A stretch of 63,747 nucleotides of DNA, the filler included, from Welwitschia mirabilis (lineage: Eukaryota), in the NCBI GenBank assembly GCA_051453625.1. It is 5 parts of one record of this genome, joined end to end, with 100 filler letters (N's around TTAATTAATTAA, not from the genome) between each part and the next. Parts side by side here need not be neighbours in the genome. Positions count along the whole stretch, not along the records: positions 30,809 to 40,834 come from JBOZIK010000001.1; positions 40,935 to 51,662 come from JBOZIK010000001.1; 3 more parts are not named here. The stretch is one strand, 5' to 3'. The notes below the pieces were generated by a model. It made no database searches and was not told where the DNA came from. It was given only the letters and a program-made list of their open reading frames with translations. Position 1 is the stretch's first letter; each line of letters begins with the position of its first letter. A program made the position numbers and the translations under genes. Positions 38,847 to 50,800 of this stretch are shown here, in pieces.

Positions 38847-40834
38847 TATTACAGTGTGAATTTATGCAATCTTGAAGTCCTTTAGATAAACCTGTAGATC
38901 ATATAACTTATAGAAACACATGCTAGTATAGATGAGAGTTCACTTGAATGTCATAATCCCTCGAAGGCACTAGTCTTAGAGATAGAGAATTGATTTCCCA
39001 AAAGTATTTTTGGTCTTTTATTTTATAAAAAATGGAAGGAAATAAATGAGTAAATAAAATGCAAGATGAATGAATATGAAATGTAATGAATGAAAATGAA
39101 ATGTATTCTACTTAGATCCTAGTCCTTATGTCACAAGAAATATTTTCTTTATAACTTATATTAATTAAGAAGAGTATCTACTAGTTCTTAACCAACATGA
39201 ACTATGAGATCAATCCAATCAAGATAAGAAATACAATAATGAATAAAATGGAAATGCAATATAAATCTACTACTAACCAATGTTAACCTTAACAAAGGTT
39301 GTCCATATAATATAAATAAATCTCAAATAATCACTTAACTATGACCAACTTAAACCATAAGGAACATTTACAACATTTGGATGAAAAGGATAAATTGTAT
39401 TAACTCCAAAGAGTATACAAAAATATTACATCCACTTAAAATTAGAATAACAACACCTTAATGGAAGAGACTCAGGCTAATACTAAGGAGACTCTTTTTT
39501 GTAGCATTGGATAGACCTCCTACCCTTTCATCCTCCATCACAAGTATTAGGTACAAAAGATGATTTAAAAGTAAAGGAGGAAAGGGTATTTATGGTTTTA
39601 CATTGAAAGTTCTAGAACTGTAACCCTAGATGTTGATGAAAAAAACCCTTGTAACTGATATGGATTGCTTGATCTCATTTATAAAGATATTTATTTCAGA
39701 ATATGCAAAAATAGCTTTCATCCAACTTATCATTTTAATGACATAGGGGATAAAACCACCTATTTCCATATGCTCCATGTGCTGCTGTCAGCCCCACAGC
39801 TTTTATTCATGTGAGGGTTATCATTTTGTATATCGTCGGGATGACATATGAGATGATACCATGTGCCATTCTAGTACATAATGTGCTACATGTGTTATGC
39901 ATATGTGCTGCATCTTGGTAAGTAGAAGTGTTATCATCCTAACTGTTGTAGGGATGACAGTGAGGATAACACCTCTCCCAAGCTCCTCGAGAAGAGCAAA
40001 TTAGCATTCTTTTCCATTAGTATTCCTTCAATATGCTAAGTATTAGGTCATGCTTGAAATACTCCAAATATGCCAAGAATTATATGCTTCTATGATCATC
40101 CTATTGTCTTTCCATAATTAGCGGAATTGCACTTAAACCTATATAAATATCTTGGAAAAGTAGTCTAAATATATCGTCAGTTTCTTACAAACTTACATCG
40201 CAACATAGCCCCCTACTTAGACTTATCAGTCCATGAAAAAGTAAGTAATCAACTATATTATGAGCCAATTTTACTAAGATAATAATCAACTAAATAAATG
40301 GCATTCGAGTTCTATTTATCATGCAGGAATAGATGATAAAAATTCATTGATACAATTACTACTATAGTTATAAGCCCACTACTTAAATACATTACAATAG
40401 ACCAAATAATTATTACACACATAAATAAGTTATAGAATGTAACATTAATAGTTTAGAAAAATGATAATGTATATGCATAAATTGAGAAAGTAATGCTAAA
40501 ACTAATGTATAATCTTTAAATAGTAATATTCTCAGAGAATAATGCATGAAATGTTCATTAATGTTTTCTACAAGAGCAAAGTATAGGAGTAATCATGGCA
40601 TTCTTTTTTTCTTTAAATGATCTAAAACATAACTATTAAAAAATCAGTGAATGTACTACTGTGCTCCTACTAAATAAATTCTATGAAATGTATTCAAGTA
40701 ACTTGAAATCATATTGAAATAACTTATCATAAATATATATCATAAAAGTCCAAAGTGATCCTTTAAAATTTAAAAATGATAAATTTTTACTTAATATCTC
40801 AGAAAAAAGCTCGAAGAGCTGTTCTTCACCCCTT
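38847..40834 (-). mobile_element. Athila-like element E: 3' LTR (38847-40205), PPT and 3' interior, inverted; truncated at a scaffold join
   Basis: Reverse complement matches B/C-type LTRs. Minus strand reads AAGTAGGGGGCTA-TGTTGCGATG at 40218-40196. Segment 40206-40834 mirrors the interior of B at ~23980-24620. Confidence 0.85.
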
Positions 40835-40934
40835 NNNNNNNNNNNNNNNNNNNNNNNNNNNNNNNNNNNNNNNNNNNNTTAATTAATTAANNNNNNNNNN
40901 NNNNNNNNNNNNNNNNNNNNNNNNNNNNNNNNNN

Positions 40935-41620
40935 AAAACTTGAAAAAAAAAATTGGCATATCGAATGTGTCTTGGAAGCTTCCGAAACCTGCATTCTATG
41001 ATATGAATCACCAGTTTCATGAGCATAAAATACAAAAGAATGTTGGATGGATGAAACAGACACTAAGGGAGTATTGCACAAACAGAGGCATGATTTGAAA
41101 TCAATATGTTTCATATGGAACGAGAGAGGTAAGAGAAATTACGAAAATCAATTACAAAATATTAAGAAATAAAAGATATGCATTTGAAGTGCCCAACAAA
41201 AATCACAAAAGTAGGATGAGGGCCTTAACTATTTTCCATAAGAAGAATGGACGATTAGCTAATCACTGGTGAAATTTGGGAGAAAAAACAAGTTTCAGCG
41301 CAATGTGTTTCTGGAGAAATTTGAAGATAATCAAGNNNNNNNNNNGGTTATTTTAAAGGATAAAATAAAAAAGATAAATAGCATTCAATTGATCATAGCA
41401 TTTTTTGCTAGCGATATCCATTATAATGTTTATCTTCTCAAACATTTTAGAAATGCTACGATACGTTTCAGAAATGGCTGCGATACGTTTCTTGTCAGAG
41501 GGTATCCATTACAAATTCTGCTGGTTTATCCGCTCTCACACTTTTGGCCAAATGATAACGTCATCCCAGATATTTCAATGGCTAGAAATGGCCTTTCAAC
41601 TAGAAAATGCTTGTAAATAA
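40935..41620. other. CpG-retaining non-TE island, promoter/5'UTR-like
   Basis: About 13 CG dinucleotides in ~0.7 kb against near absence in the flanking TEs. Contains a 21-22-bp direct repeat AGAAATG(G)CTRCGATACGTTTC x2 (~41449-41491) and a minus-strand TGACGT motif. No recognisable protein. Confidence 0.4.
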
Positions 41621-44600
41621 TGCATCACCAAAATTTATCTTTAAAATATCCATTGCCTAAATTTTAACATCAAGATGATAAAATGTTAACTAATCTTGTT
41701 AAAATATTTAAGTCACTACAAAATGCAAAAAAAATTAAAATTTAAGAAATGATTACCTTTACTAATTAATAATTTGTGACTATATGATTTAGTTCAATTG
41801 TATCTNNNNNNNNNNNNNNNNNNNNNNNNNNNNNNNNNNNNNNNNNNNNNNNNNNNNNNNNNNNNNNNNNNNNNNNNNNNNNNNNNNNNNNNNNNNNNNN
41901 NNNNNNNNNNNNNNNNNNNNNNNNNNNNNNNNNNNNNNNNNNNNNNNNNNNNNNNNNNNNNNNNNNNNNNNNNNNNNNNNNNNNNNNNNNNNNNNNNNNN
42001 NNNNNNNNNNNNNNNNNNNNNNNNNNNNNNNNNNNNNNNNNNNNNNNNNNNNNNNNNNNNNNNNNNNNNNNNNNNNNNNNNNNNNNCTCCTCTAAGATAT
42101 CTTAAATTAGATTTTTTTAAAGGGAACTTTCCTACTAACTGATCTTATAACCCTTAATTAATTTCAAGAGAAAAGGTAACTTCTTATACTTGGTATTTAA
42201 ATTCCTTTGGAAAGGAGGAAAAGTCTCTTGTTCACATTTAAAAGAAATTTTATCAAAAATATATTATAAAACTTCTGATAAATACAAAAGAAGCTTTATT
42301 AATCATGAGTTCGTACTAAGGTTGTACAATGAAATATTGCAATAAAAGTTTTCACATCGATAGAATAATAATATGCAAAAATTCAGGTTCATTCCAAAAT
42401 ATTCTCAAATAATATCACAATTTTTCCATTCCATAACAAATAAAAATATCACAGATGTATAAAAATTCAAGAAGGAAAGGTCATCATTTCATAAATCATA
42501 TAAATTTCAAAATATACTTTAAGTACTACAAGCCACACACTTATGAATAGATATAATCTATCTCTCATCAAAATAACAATTAACATAATAACTGTTCATG
42601 AGTTTAAGTAAATAACTCAATAGCCCAAGTGATAAAATAAATCAGATGATTTTTCCACCGTTTTAGATCCAATGATTCATCATGAACTCATGCCATCTCA
42701 GCACTTAAACATAAGATTTTCCACCTATTATAATTAAAATATGGAATGAGAACTATTAAAATTTCATAGCCCTCAGTNNNNNNNNNNNNNNNNNNNNNNN
42801 NNNNNNAAAGGTTTCCATGGCAAGGACAAGGTTCACAACAAAGGACATGACCAGACCACTATCAATTCACCTTATCTTATTTACGATTATCCAATTACAA
42901 AAGTAATCCAACATGCACCCTACCAGGAAAGGGGATAAAAATCATAAAAGTGTGTAGAATCTCCCATTTTTTGCCCTAGCAGTCCGGTCCCATGGCCTTG
43001 AGACTCCCAATAGAGAGTTACACTTTTTGAAGTCTATACATGTGGTTCCCATGGCCAGTATTAAACTCTTAATTTAGTTCATACAGGTTAGTGGTCATCC
43101 AAGATCTTAAGTACAAGTTTTATGAAAAAAAAAATACTCAAGAAAGACACATGACAAGTTAACAACAAGATCATAGATAATTTTACAAGATCTTCATAAG
43201 CTAGGACTCAAGAAGGCTCACAGAAAACATACACAAGAGTTACAAATGACTACAAGATAGCTTGACACATCACAATATAAGCATATCAAGCATATTACAT
43301 CTACATTTTACAAGTACCAATAATAACATAGCATGCAAGAATTAAAAGAGAGGGTTATGGACCACACAGACACGTAATGATCAATACAAAATGCATAATA
43401 AAGGACCAACAAGGAAGCACGAAGGTAAAGAACCATACCAATTATCAATAAGAACTCAAGATATTTACTAGTCTTCAAGGCTTTTCCAGCTCTAAGACTC
43501 AAAAGCAAAAAGGTTCTCTAAAATGAAAGTGGAGAAAAAGGAGGAGGAGAGTCCTATTTATAATCGAGATGTGGTGGAATGCGAAGAGTTACAAGAGTAT
43601 GAGGACAAATAAAAGTTGGCAAAGATTCCTTGCATATGAAGACAAATGAAAGTTGGCAAAGATTCCTTTAATATGAAGACAAAATATTGTGAATTAGGTC
43701 AGTTAAAAAAGGGATTACATAATGTCTTATAAATGATTTCCTGGCCATTGGATGCTTTTAATAATAATATAATCAAGATAATGCTCCATATTTAATAATG
43801 AGAAAAAGAAATAAACAACATGTCTCCACAATAAACATTCAATTCAGCATTTACTTTCAATTACATGAGTAAAAGATATCACTTCCATCACAAGAGCATA
43901 TAAAAATTGGGTACGAACATTTACACAAAATAGTATTTATATTACGACTCAATAATACTACATTTCGAGAACATAACAATAATCACAATTGGAATTTCAA
44001 GTAATTTAATCTTTTCCAAATATTTTATTAAATATAAACCTGCAAATTTTATAAGAAAAAAGCAAAAATATGGACATGACATTTCTCACCTCCTTAAGAA
44101 GTTTCGTCCTTGAAACTTGTCAAAAGATTAGGTCTCCACTAATTAATGTATGCTTTTATTTTCCCTAGGTTGCTACTTTTATAGATTGATTGTATCGTAA
44201 TAGTCTTGAAAATATTCTCCACCATAAGTTCTAAAGGTTTCTTTTACAAACATACATATCTTTACAATCTTTCAAAGGACTAATTAGTAGTTCAAACTAT
44301 GATTGGTGTCTTCATACACACATGGATCATGTAATTGTACTAAGCACTTTATAGTAAATTATAAAGCCATACTCCACCTTCTTCATTTTGACAAACTTAC
44401 TTAATTGCCTTCATTTTGGAAGCAGTTTCTACAGGCTAGCCTTTAGCTTTACTCTGTTGTTATTCAATAAACAAATTCATACAACTTAGTCTAAGTCATT
44501 CATATCATCAATTTAAAGATTCATAAAAGTTATCCTTAAGTGTTGCTCATTTACCTTTATTACAATGCTAAAAAATTCATGGCTTATTAACTTCAAAAAT

Positions 44601-47600
44601 TTAGACAAACTCTTATATTAATTATGATCTTATAAAATTTTCCACTTTCTAGTATTATAACAATCACTTGATTGAGAACTAGCATATTTCTTATGAAAGA
44701 AATTTNNNNNNNNNNNNNNNNNNNNNNNNNNNNNNNNNNNNNNNNNNNNNNNNNNNNNNNNNNNNNNNNNNNNNNNNNNNNNNNNNNNNNNNNNNNNNNN
44801 NNNNNNNNNNNNNNNNNNNNNNNNNNNNNNNNNNNNNNNNNNNNNNNNNNNNNNNNNNNNNNNNNNNNNNNNNNNNNNNNNNNNNNNNNNNNNNNNNNNN
44901 NNNNNNNNNNNNNNNNNNNNNNNNNNNNNNNNNNNNNNNNNNNNNNNNNNNNNNNNNNNNNNNNNNNNNNNNNNNNNNNNNNNNNNNNNNNNNNNNNNNN
45001 NNNNNNNNNNNNNNNNNNNNNNNNNNNNNNNNNNNNNNNNNNNNNNNNNNNNNNNNNNNNNNNNNNNNNNNNNNNNNNNNNNNNNNNNNNNNNNNNNNNN
45101 NNNNNNNNNNNNNNNNNNNNNNNNNNNNNNNNNNNNNNNNNNNNNNNNNNNNNNNNNNNNNNNNNNNNNNNNNNNNNNNNNNNNNNNNNNNNNNNNNNNN
45201 NNNNNNNNNNNNNNNNNNNNNNNNNNNNNNNNNNNNNNNNNNNNNNNNNNNNNNNNNNNNNNNNNNNNNNNNNNNNNNNNNNNNNNNNNNNNNNNNNNNN
45301 NNNNNNNNNNNNNNNNNNNNNNNNNNNNNNNNNNNNNNNNNNNNNNNNNNNNNNNNNNNNNNNNNNNNNNNNNNNNNNNNNNNNNNNNNNNNNNNNNNNN
45401 NNNNNNNNNNNNNNTGTTGCACCATTTAATCTCATAAGCAATAATGAACTCCTTATGTTGACAAAAGTAAAATGTGCTTAAACCATTAAGTCCAAACTAT
45501 AACTCAAGTATGAAAAAACAATAATTTCTTACTCTAAATTATGATAATCACTTCTGAAGTTGTTATGTAGAAATTTCCTCAAGTTTAAGTTTAAAAACTA
45601 TAGATCTCTTTTACATTATACTTATTTGTTGTGCTCTTCTTCCTTCAAGATTTGTTGTCACTTCTTTATGTATAGCTTAGTTGAATTTCCACTTGCAAGA
45701 TTTATATGGATGTTATAGCATCTTAAAGCCTAATAAGTCAAGGACATAATATATGAAATAAGGCTATGTAAGTATAAGTCAAATAAGTATATAAGAGATT
45801 TTCAATTAGTTGAGAGCAAGTAGTGTATAGTCTAACCAAACAAGATTACAAACTTTTAATCATATAATAATAAGATTAGCTGAATAAGGTTTACCAAGTA
45901 TCTAAGTATTGCAAGATGCATGCAAATAATGACTGTAAATGATGGTTTAATTAATACAAGAATTCCTTAAGACAAAGTTATTTCAAGATTGGTAATAATA
46001 GAATATAGGCTGACCAGATAAGCCAAAGAGTTAATCCTTTGAAATCTAGGTTTCCAAAATCCAATATGCCCTACCAAGAACTTAGAAACTAAAAGAAAGG
46101 TCTCCTTGAAAGTTAAGTAAAATCTAAAGTGTTTAAAAGACAAAAGTAGAGATCCATGTTTACATGGATGAAAGATGTTAAACTTAACAAACTACCTATA
46201 TATGCTATCTCTTTAAGATAAATATAGAATAAATTCATCTAAAACCTTAAATAAACATGAGTAGCAAGCTTTTTGCTATTTCTAGAAAGTTAATGTTTAA
46301 GGCATTGTCCAAATAAATTTGGCATCTAGAGATGACATGGCATCTTGATATNNNNNNNNNNNNNNNNNNNNNNNNNNNNNNNNNNNNNNNNNNNNNNNNN
46401 NNNNNNNNNNNNNNNNNNNNNNNNNNNNNNNNNNNNNNNNNNNNNNNNNNNATGTCAAACTTAACAGACTACCTATGTATGCTATCTCTCTAAGATAAAT
46501 ATAGAATAAATTCATCTAAAACTTAAATAAACATGAGTAACAAGCTTTTTGCTAGTTCTAGAAAGTTAATTTTTAATGCATTGTTCGAATAAATCTAGCA
46601 TCTAGAGATGATATGACATCTTGATATTAAAAAAAAATTGAAATCTATTCTTTTCTTTCTAGAATAGGCAAGAAATAAATTTATCATGAAAAGGACAAAT
46701 GGTGTTCAAAGAAGATAAAAGATCTTAATAGGAAGTCAACGTGGAAGTTTTATACAATGATTAATCATCAATGTTTATCTAAGTCAACAATAAAAAGATT
46801 TCATAATCACCCAAAAGGAAAAAGGATAGAATATTTTAAGAGATTCAATGCATATATTATTAGGTAAGATTCACAATTTAACAAAAGGGTCTTCTAGGCA
46901 ATTGGATTAATAAAGAAAATCTATCAAATTATTGAAAGCTATATTTGAGGTCACTAGTGTATGTTCTATCCGTAGAGATCACAGGAGCTATCTTTAATCT
47001 TACCAGGGTAAGGTGTACCCACTTTTAATATTAGGAAATAATAATACTCATGTATTTATGATCAAATATTTGGAACTATTAGTATTAGCAATAGTAGGTA
47101 GTTATTTAACTTAGCAATGAACCAATGTTAATAGGTGCATACCCATTCACAAAGATACTTTAAAAACTCTTTTAAAAATGTAGTGAAGCTTCCAAGCACA
47201 AAAGAATAAGGCATCCAAGATCTGAACAATTACAAGTGCATAAGGATATTCATTATGGGGGATGCAATTCATACATTCAACTTGTAGGATACCCACTTTA
47301 GAGGGGATACTTATATTATTTAACTACTAATCATAGTTATTAATTAAGCTTAATATTATTTTACTACCAACCATAGTTGTTAATTAACTAAAAATGTATG
47401 TTTGAAGAGAATTGGTCACATAAGCACTTTATAAACATTTTCCACTTAAGACTACTTGTTCTATTACCTAATTTGAATGGAAGGATGTGTTATAACCTCA
47501 TAACCCTTATTTTCTAAAAGGTCCTTAGGAGGTTTTGAACATAACCTTTTGCATTCCATCTTAATTATGTTCCACTAACCATGAGATGCATTAATAGATA

Positions 47601-48589
47601 CATTAATTCTCTCAAATTGTTTAACTTAAACAACACTAGACTTACAAAAATTTAAGATTAATAGAGTAGCTATTGCACTGGTATTTCACATGAAAGAGTG
47701 TGCTCCACGCACTTATCACTGAGAAAGGATTTTGGATATCGTCTACCACATTTAAAAACTAATGGGAGGAAAATTTTCCTACCATGAATCTAACTTCCAC
47801 CTCTACTCTTTACATGAGAAACACCTTCACCATTAACCTAGTGGATTCGTTGGTAATGCCTAGCCCCTAGATATATTATTAATTTAGAGTTGCAACAAAA
47901 ATCTTTCACAAATCACATGAAAGCTGTTGACTCTCATGAAACACGCTTACCTTCACATCTAGATCTATTCTGTAAGCATTACAATACCATTCTAAGATCG
48001 CAAACGCCATAAATAAGAAGGGAAAATGGCAAGTCTTATTGGTGGTGTGCTTTGGAGAAATACGTATAGAATGCCAAACCACCTGAGGTATTTGCTGGCA
48101 TTGGGTTATCTAATAGCAACATTTTGACATAGAGACCCAAATTTCACCCTCGTTTAATAACACAAGCATATTGGTGGTAAGGAAGAATAAGTTTAATAAA
48201 TCATTTCAGTAAAATTTTCTAGTTATCATTTGGAAACAACCAAATGTCAGCTTGCACGACAGAAAAACGAATGTGCAGAAATGATTAATGGAAGAGGAAA
48301 GAGAAAATGCCCTGAGAGGAGGGTTGCTATAGCACTGTGTAAGAGAAGACAACACGTCGGGAACAGATACCTATGTGAAAGAAGAAGGAAGATGTTAAAC
48401 ACTGCGCGAAAAAAAAAAAGAGAACTTATTATGCAAAGATGCCATCTGGCTATTCAGTATTGGAAAAATATGAATCCCTCATAGTTAAGTCTTCTGTAAT
48501 AGATATAACAAATTTCATTGTCTTAGAAAATACTGCCATTCCATTTGCACTTTACCTCAAAGTTAAAGAAATTTGAACTTCTTTGAAAG

Positions 48590-48830
48590 AAATGGGCATT
48601 TCCTTTTGTAAATGATGTCTCTGATAGTGAGAGGAAGGATATTAGCGCATGAGATAGTTTGTAGATATGCAGACTCAAGATTTGCCTTGATACCATCGTT
48701 AATTTTATAGGCCTTAAGGTTTAGCCCTGATGCACTTATGGGAAAGCAGCGAGAAGAATGGATGCATCACAACTATTGAAGAAATAGTCTTTAAGAAGAA
48801 GCTTGATAAGTGTTGGGGTGCTTTATGCAA
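48590..48830 (-). pseudogene. Class III (secretory) plant peroxidase fragment, intronless, disrupted
   Basis: Minus strand gives TLIKLLLKDYFFNSCDASILL (cf. [20 protein letters not shown]), then after stops and a frameshift LKAYKINDGIKANLESAYLQTISCANILPLTIRDII (cf. LRGFEVIDxIKAxLExACPxTVSCADILALAARDxV). Distal Arg and His are lost. Confidence 0.8.
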
Positions 48831-49204
48831 GCCTATACATCTTTTTCTGAAACTCTACACTTTCTGGCACTAATACAACAAGGTTTTACACTAAAGAATG
48901 GATCCTAAAGCAAGATCTGGAAATCGATTGACCATGCTTTTACTGATATGACAAAGAGCACAATGATCCGTCATTGAGCTTTAACCCTATGGTTGTAAAA
49001 GTCCAACAATTTCAGAAAGAGTCGTTCCCTTCTTAAGCGAGACCTTTCCCTTCCTCGTTGCGTCTCTTTCAGAAATTAGATGCGGGTTTCTAAATTCTTG
49101 TATAAACAAAGGATAGCGCAAAATGATGGAAGCGGTATTGAGCAAGAACAGAAAAGAAAATGTTGGGTAAATTAAATGTTTCAAGTAATGCTTCAATGGA
49201 CGAA

Positions 49205-49295
49205 TCTCATATAAAATGTTCGCCTTTCTTAACGCCCGTTGACGCTGATGTAACGGTCAACAAGAGTAAAAGCAAAAAGGTGGGTGAACGGTTCA
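49205..49295 (-). promoter_or_regulatory. Putative promoter with three AACGG (MSA/MYB-core) motifs and a TATA-like element
   Basis: CCGTT 49236-49240, AACGG 49252-49256, AACGG 49287-49291, and minus-strand TTTATAT at ~49209-49215, within a CpG-rich stretch. Motif-only evidence. Confidence 0.4.
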
Positions 49296-49354
49296 ATTTT
49301 CTCCCTCACCATTATAGGTCGTTACACATGGGGTGGTACATAGTATTATATATA

Positions 49355-49492
49355 TAATATTTTTAATTATTATTTATATAAATATATATAAATATATAAA
49401 CAAAAAGGGTTTAAACCTTTTTTAATTATTATTTATATAAATAAATATATGTATATAAACAAAAGCGTTTAAATTTCTTCTTTTTTTTTAAT
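49355..49492. repeat. AT-rich ~58-bp tandem repeat running into a gap
   Basis: TTTTTAATTATTATTTATATAAATA...TATAAACAAAA..GTTTAAA occurs twice in succession. Confidence 0.7.
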
Positions 49493-50587
49493 NNNNNNNN
49501 NNNNNNNNNNNNNNNNNNNNNNNNNNNNNNNNNNNNNNNNNNNNNNNNNNNNNNNNNNNNNNNNNNNNNNNNNNNNNNNNNNNNNNNNNNNNNNNNNNNN
49601 NNNNNNNNNNNNNNNNNNNNNNNNNNNNNNNNNNNNNNNNNNNNNNNNNNNNNNNNNNNNNNNNNNNNNNNNNNNNNNNNNNNNNNNNNNNNNNNNNNNN
49701 NNNNNNNNNNNNNNNNNNNNNNNNNNNNNNNNNNNNNNNNNNNNNNNNNNNNNNNNNNNNNNNNNNNNNNNNNNNNNNNNNNNNNNNNNNNNNNNNNNNN
49801 NNNNNNNNNNNNNNNNNNNNNNNNNNNNNNNNNNNNNNNNNNNNNNNNNNNNNNNNNNNNNNNNNNNNNNNNNNNNNNNNNNNNNNNNNNNNNNNNNNNN
49901 NNNNNNNNNNNNNNNNNNNNNNNNNNNNNNNNNNNNNNNNNNNNNNNNNNNNNNNNNNNNNNNNNNNNNNNNNNNNNNNNNNNNNNNNNNNNNNNNNNNN
50001 NNNNNNNNNNNNNNNNNNNNNNNNNNNNNNNNNNNNNNNNNNNNNNNNNNNNNNNNNNNNNNNNNNNNNNNNNNNNNNNNNNNNNNNNNNNNNNNNNNNN
50101 NNNNNNNNNNNNNNNNNNNNNNNNNNNNNNNNNNNNNNNNNNNNNNNNNNNNNNNNNNNNNNNNNNNNNNNNNNNNNNNNNNNNNNNNNNNNNNNNNNNN
50201 NNNNNNNNNNNNNNNNNNNNNNNNNNNNNNNNNNNNNNNNNNNNNNNNNNNNNNNNNNNNNNNNNNNNNNNNNNNNNNNNNNNNNNNNNNNNNNNNNNNN
50301 NNNNNNNNNNNNNNNNNNNNNNNNNNNNNNNNNNTTTAAATTTCTTCTTTTTTTTTAATATTTATACTAAAGGAATATGGTTAATCCCATCAAAATCATG
50401 TTTTTATCTACTTAGTTGTGACACTCTCCTAATTAGTTGAACTTCGTTAGACATCTACTAAAACATGAAGAAGGTGGTTGAGGTCCTTGATGATAAAACT
50501 TATTAACAATTATAACCAGTGAAAATTGAAACCTAGGCACTCTGAACAACTTTAAAACAACTATGCCCAGTGAAATTGTAACTTAAT

Positions 50588-50800
50588 GCTCTGATATCAA
50601 AATGTAACATCCTAAAAATCTACATTTGAAAATCTTCAAAAACTTGATCGCTCTAATACCAAAATGTAATGTCCCAAATATTCTACAGTTGGAAATCTTT
50701 ATCTTTAAGCTCTGATACCAAATTGTAACACTCCAAAAATTACTTATGCTGAAAACTTTAAACTTACTTGGATACTTTAATATCCAAAATATAACACCCA
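50588..50800 (-). repeat. Tandem array of four PBS(Met)+LTR-terminus units
   Basis: GCTCTGATATCAAAATGTAACA (50588), GCTCTAATACCAAAATGTAATG (50650), GCTCTGATACCAAATTGTAACA (50709), ACTTTAATATCCAAAATATAACA (50774); spacing 62, 59 and 65 bp. Confidence 0.85.

Noticed and set aside
46170-46630. ~180-bp duplication either side of a 100-N gap
   Set aside because: Cannot distinguish a real tandem duplication from two haplotypes or copies joined by the assembler.
48030-48125. Possible H/ACA snoRNA (ATAGAA, hairpin AATGCCA...TGGCATT, ACATTT)
   Set aside because: No convincing first hairpin or guide pocket, and the boxes are too short to be significant.
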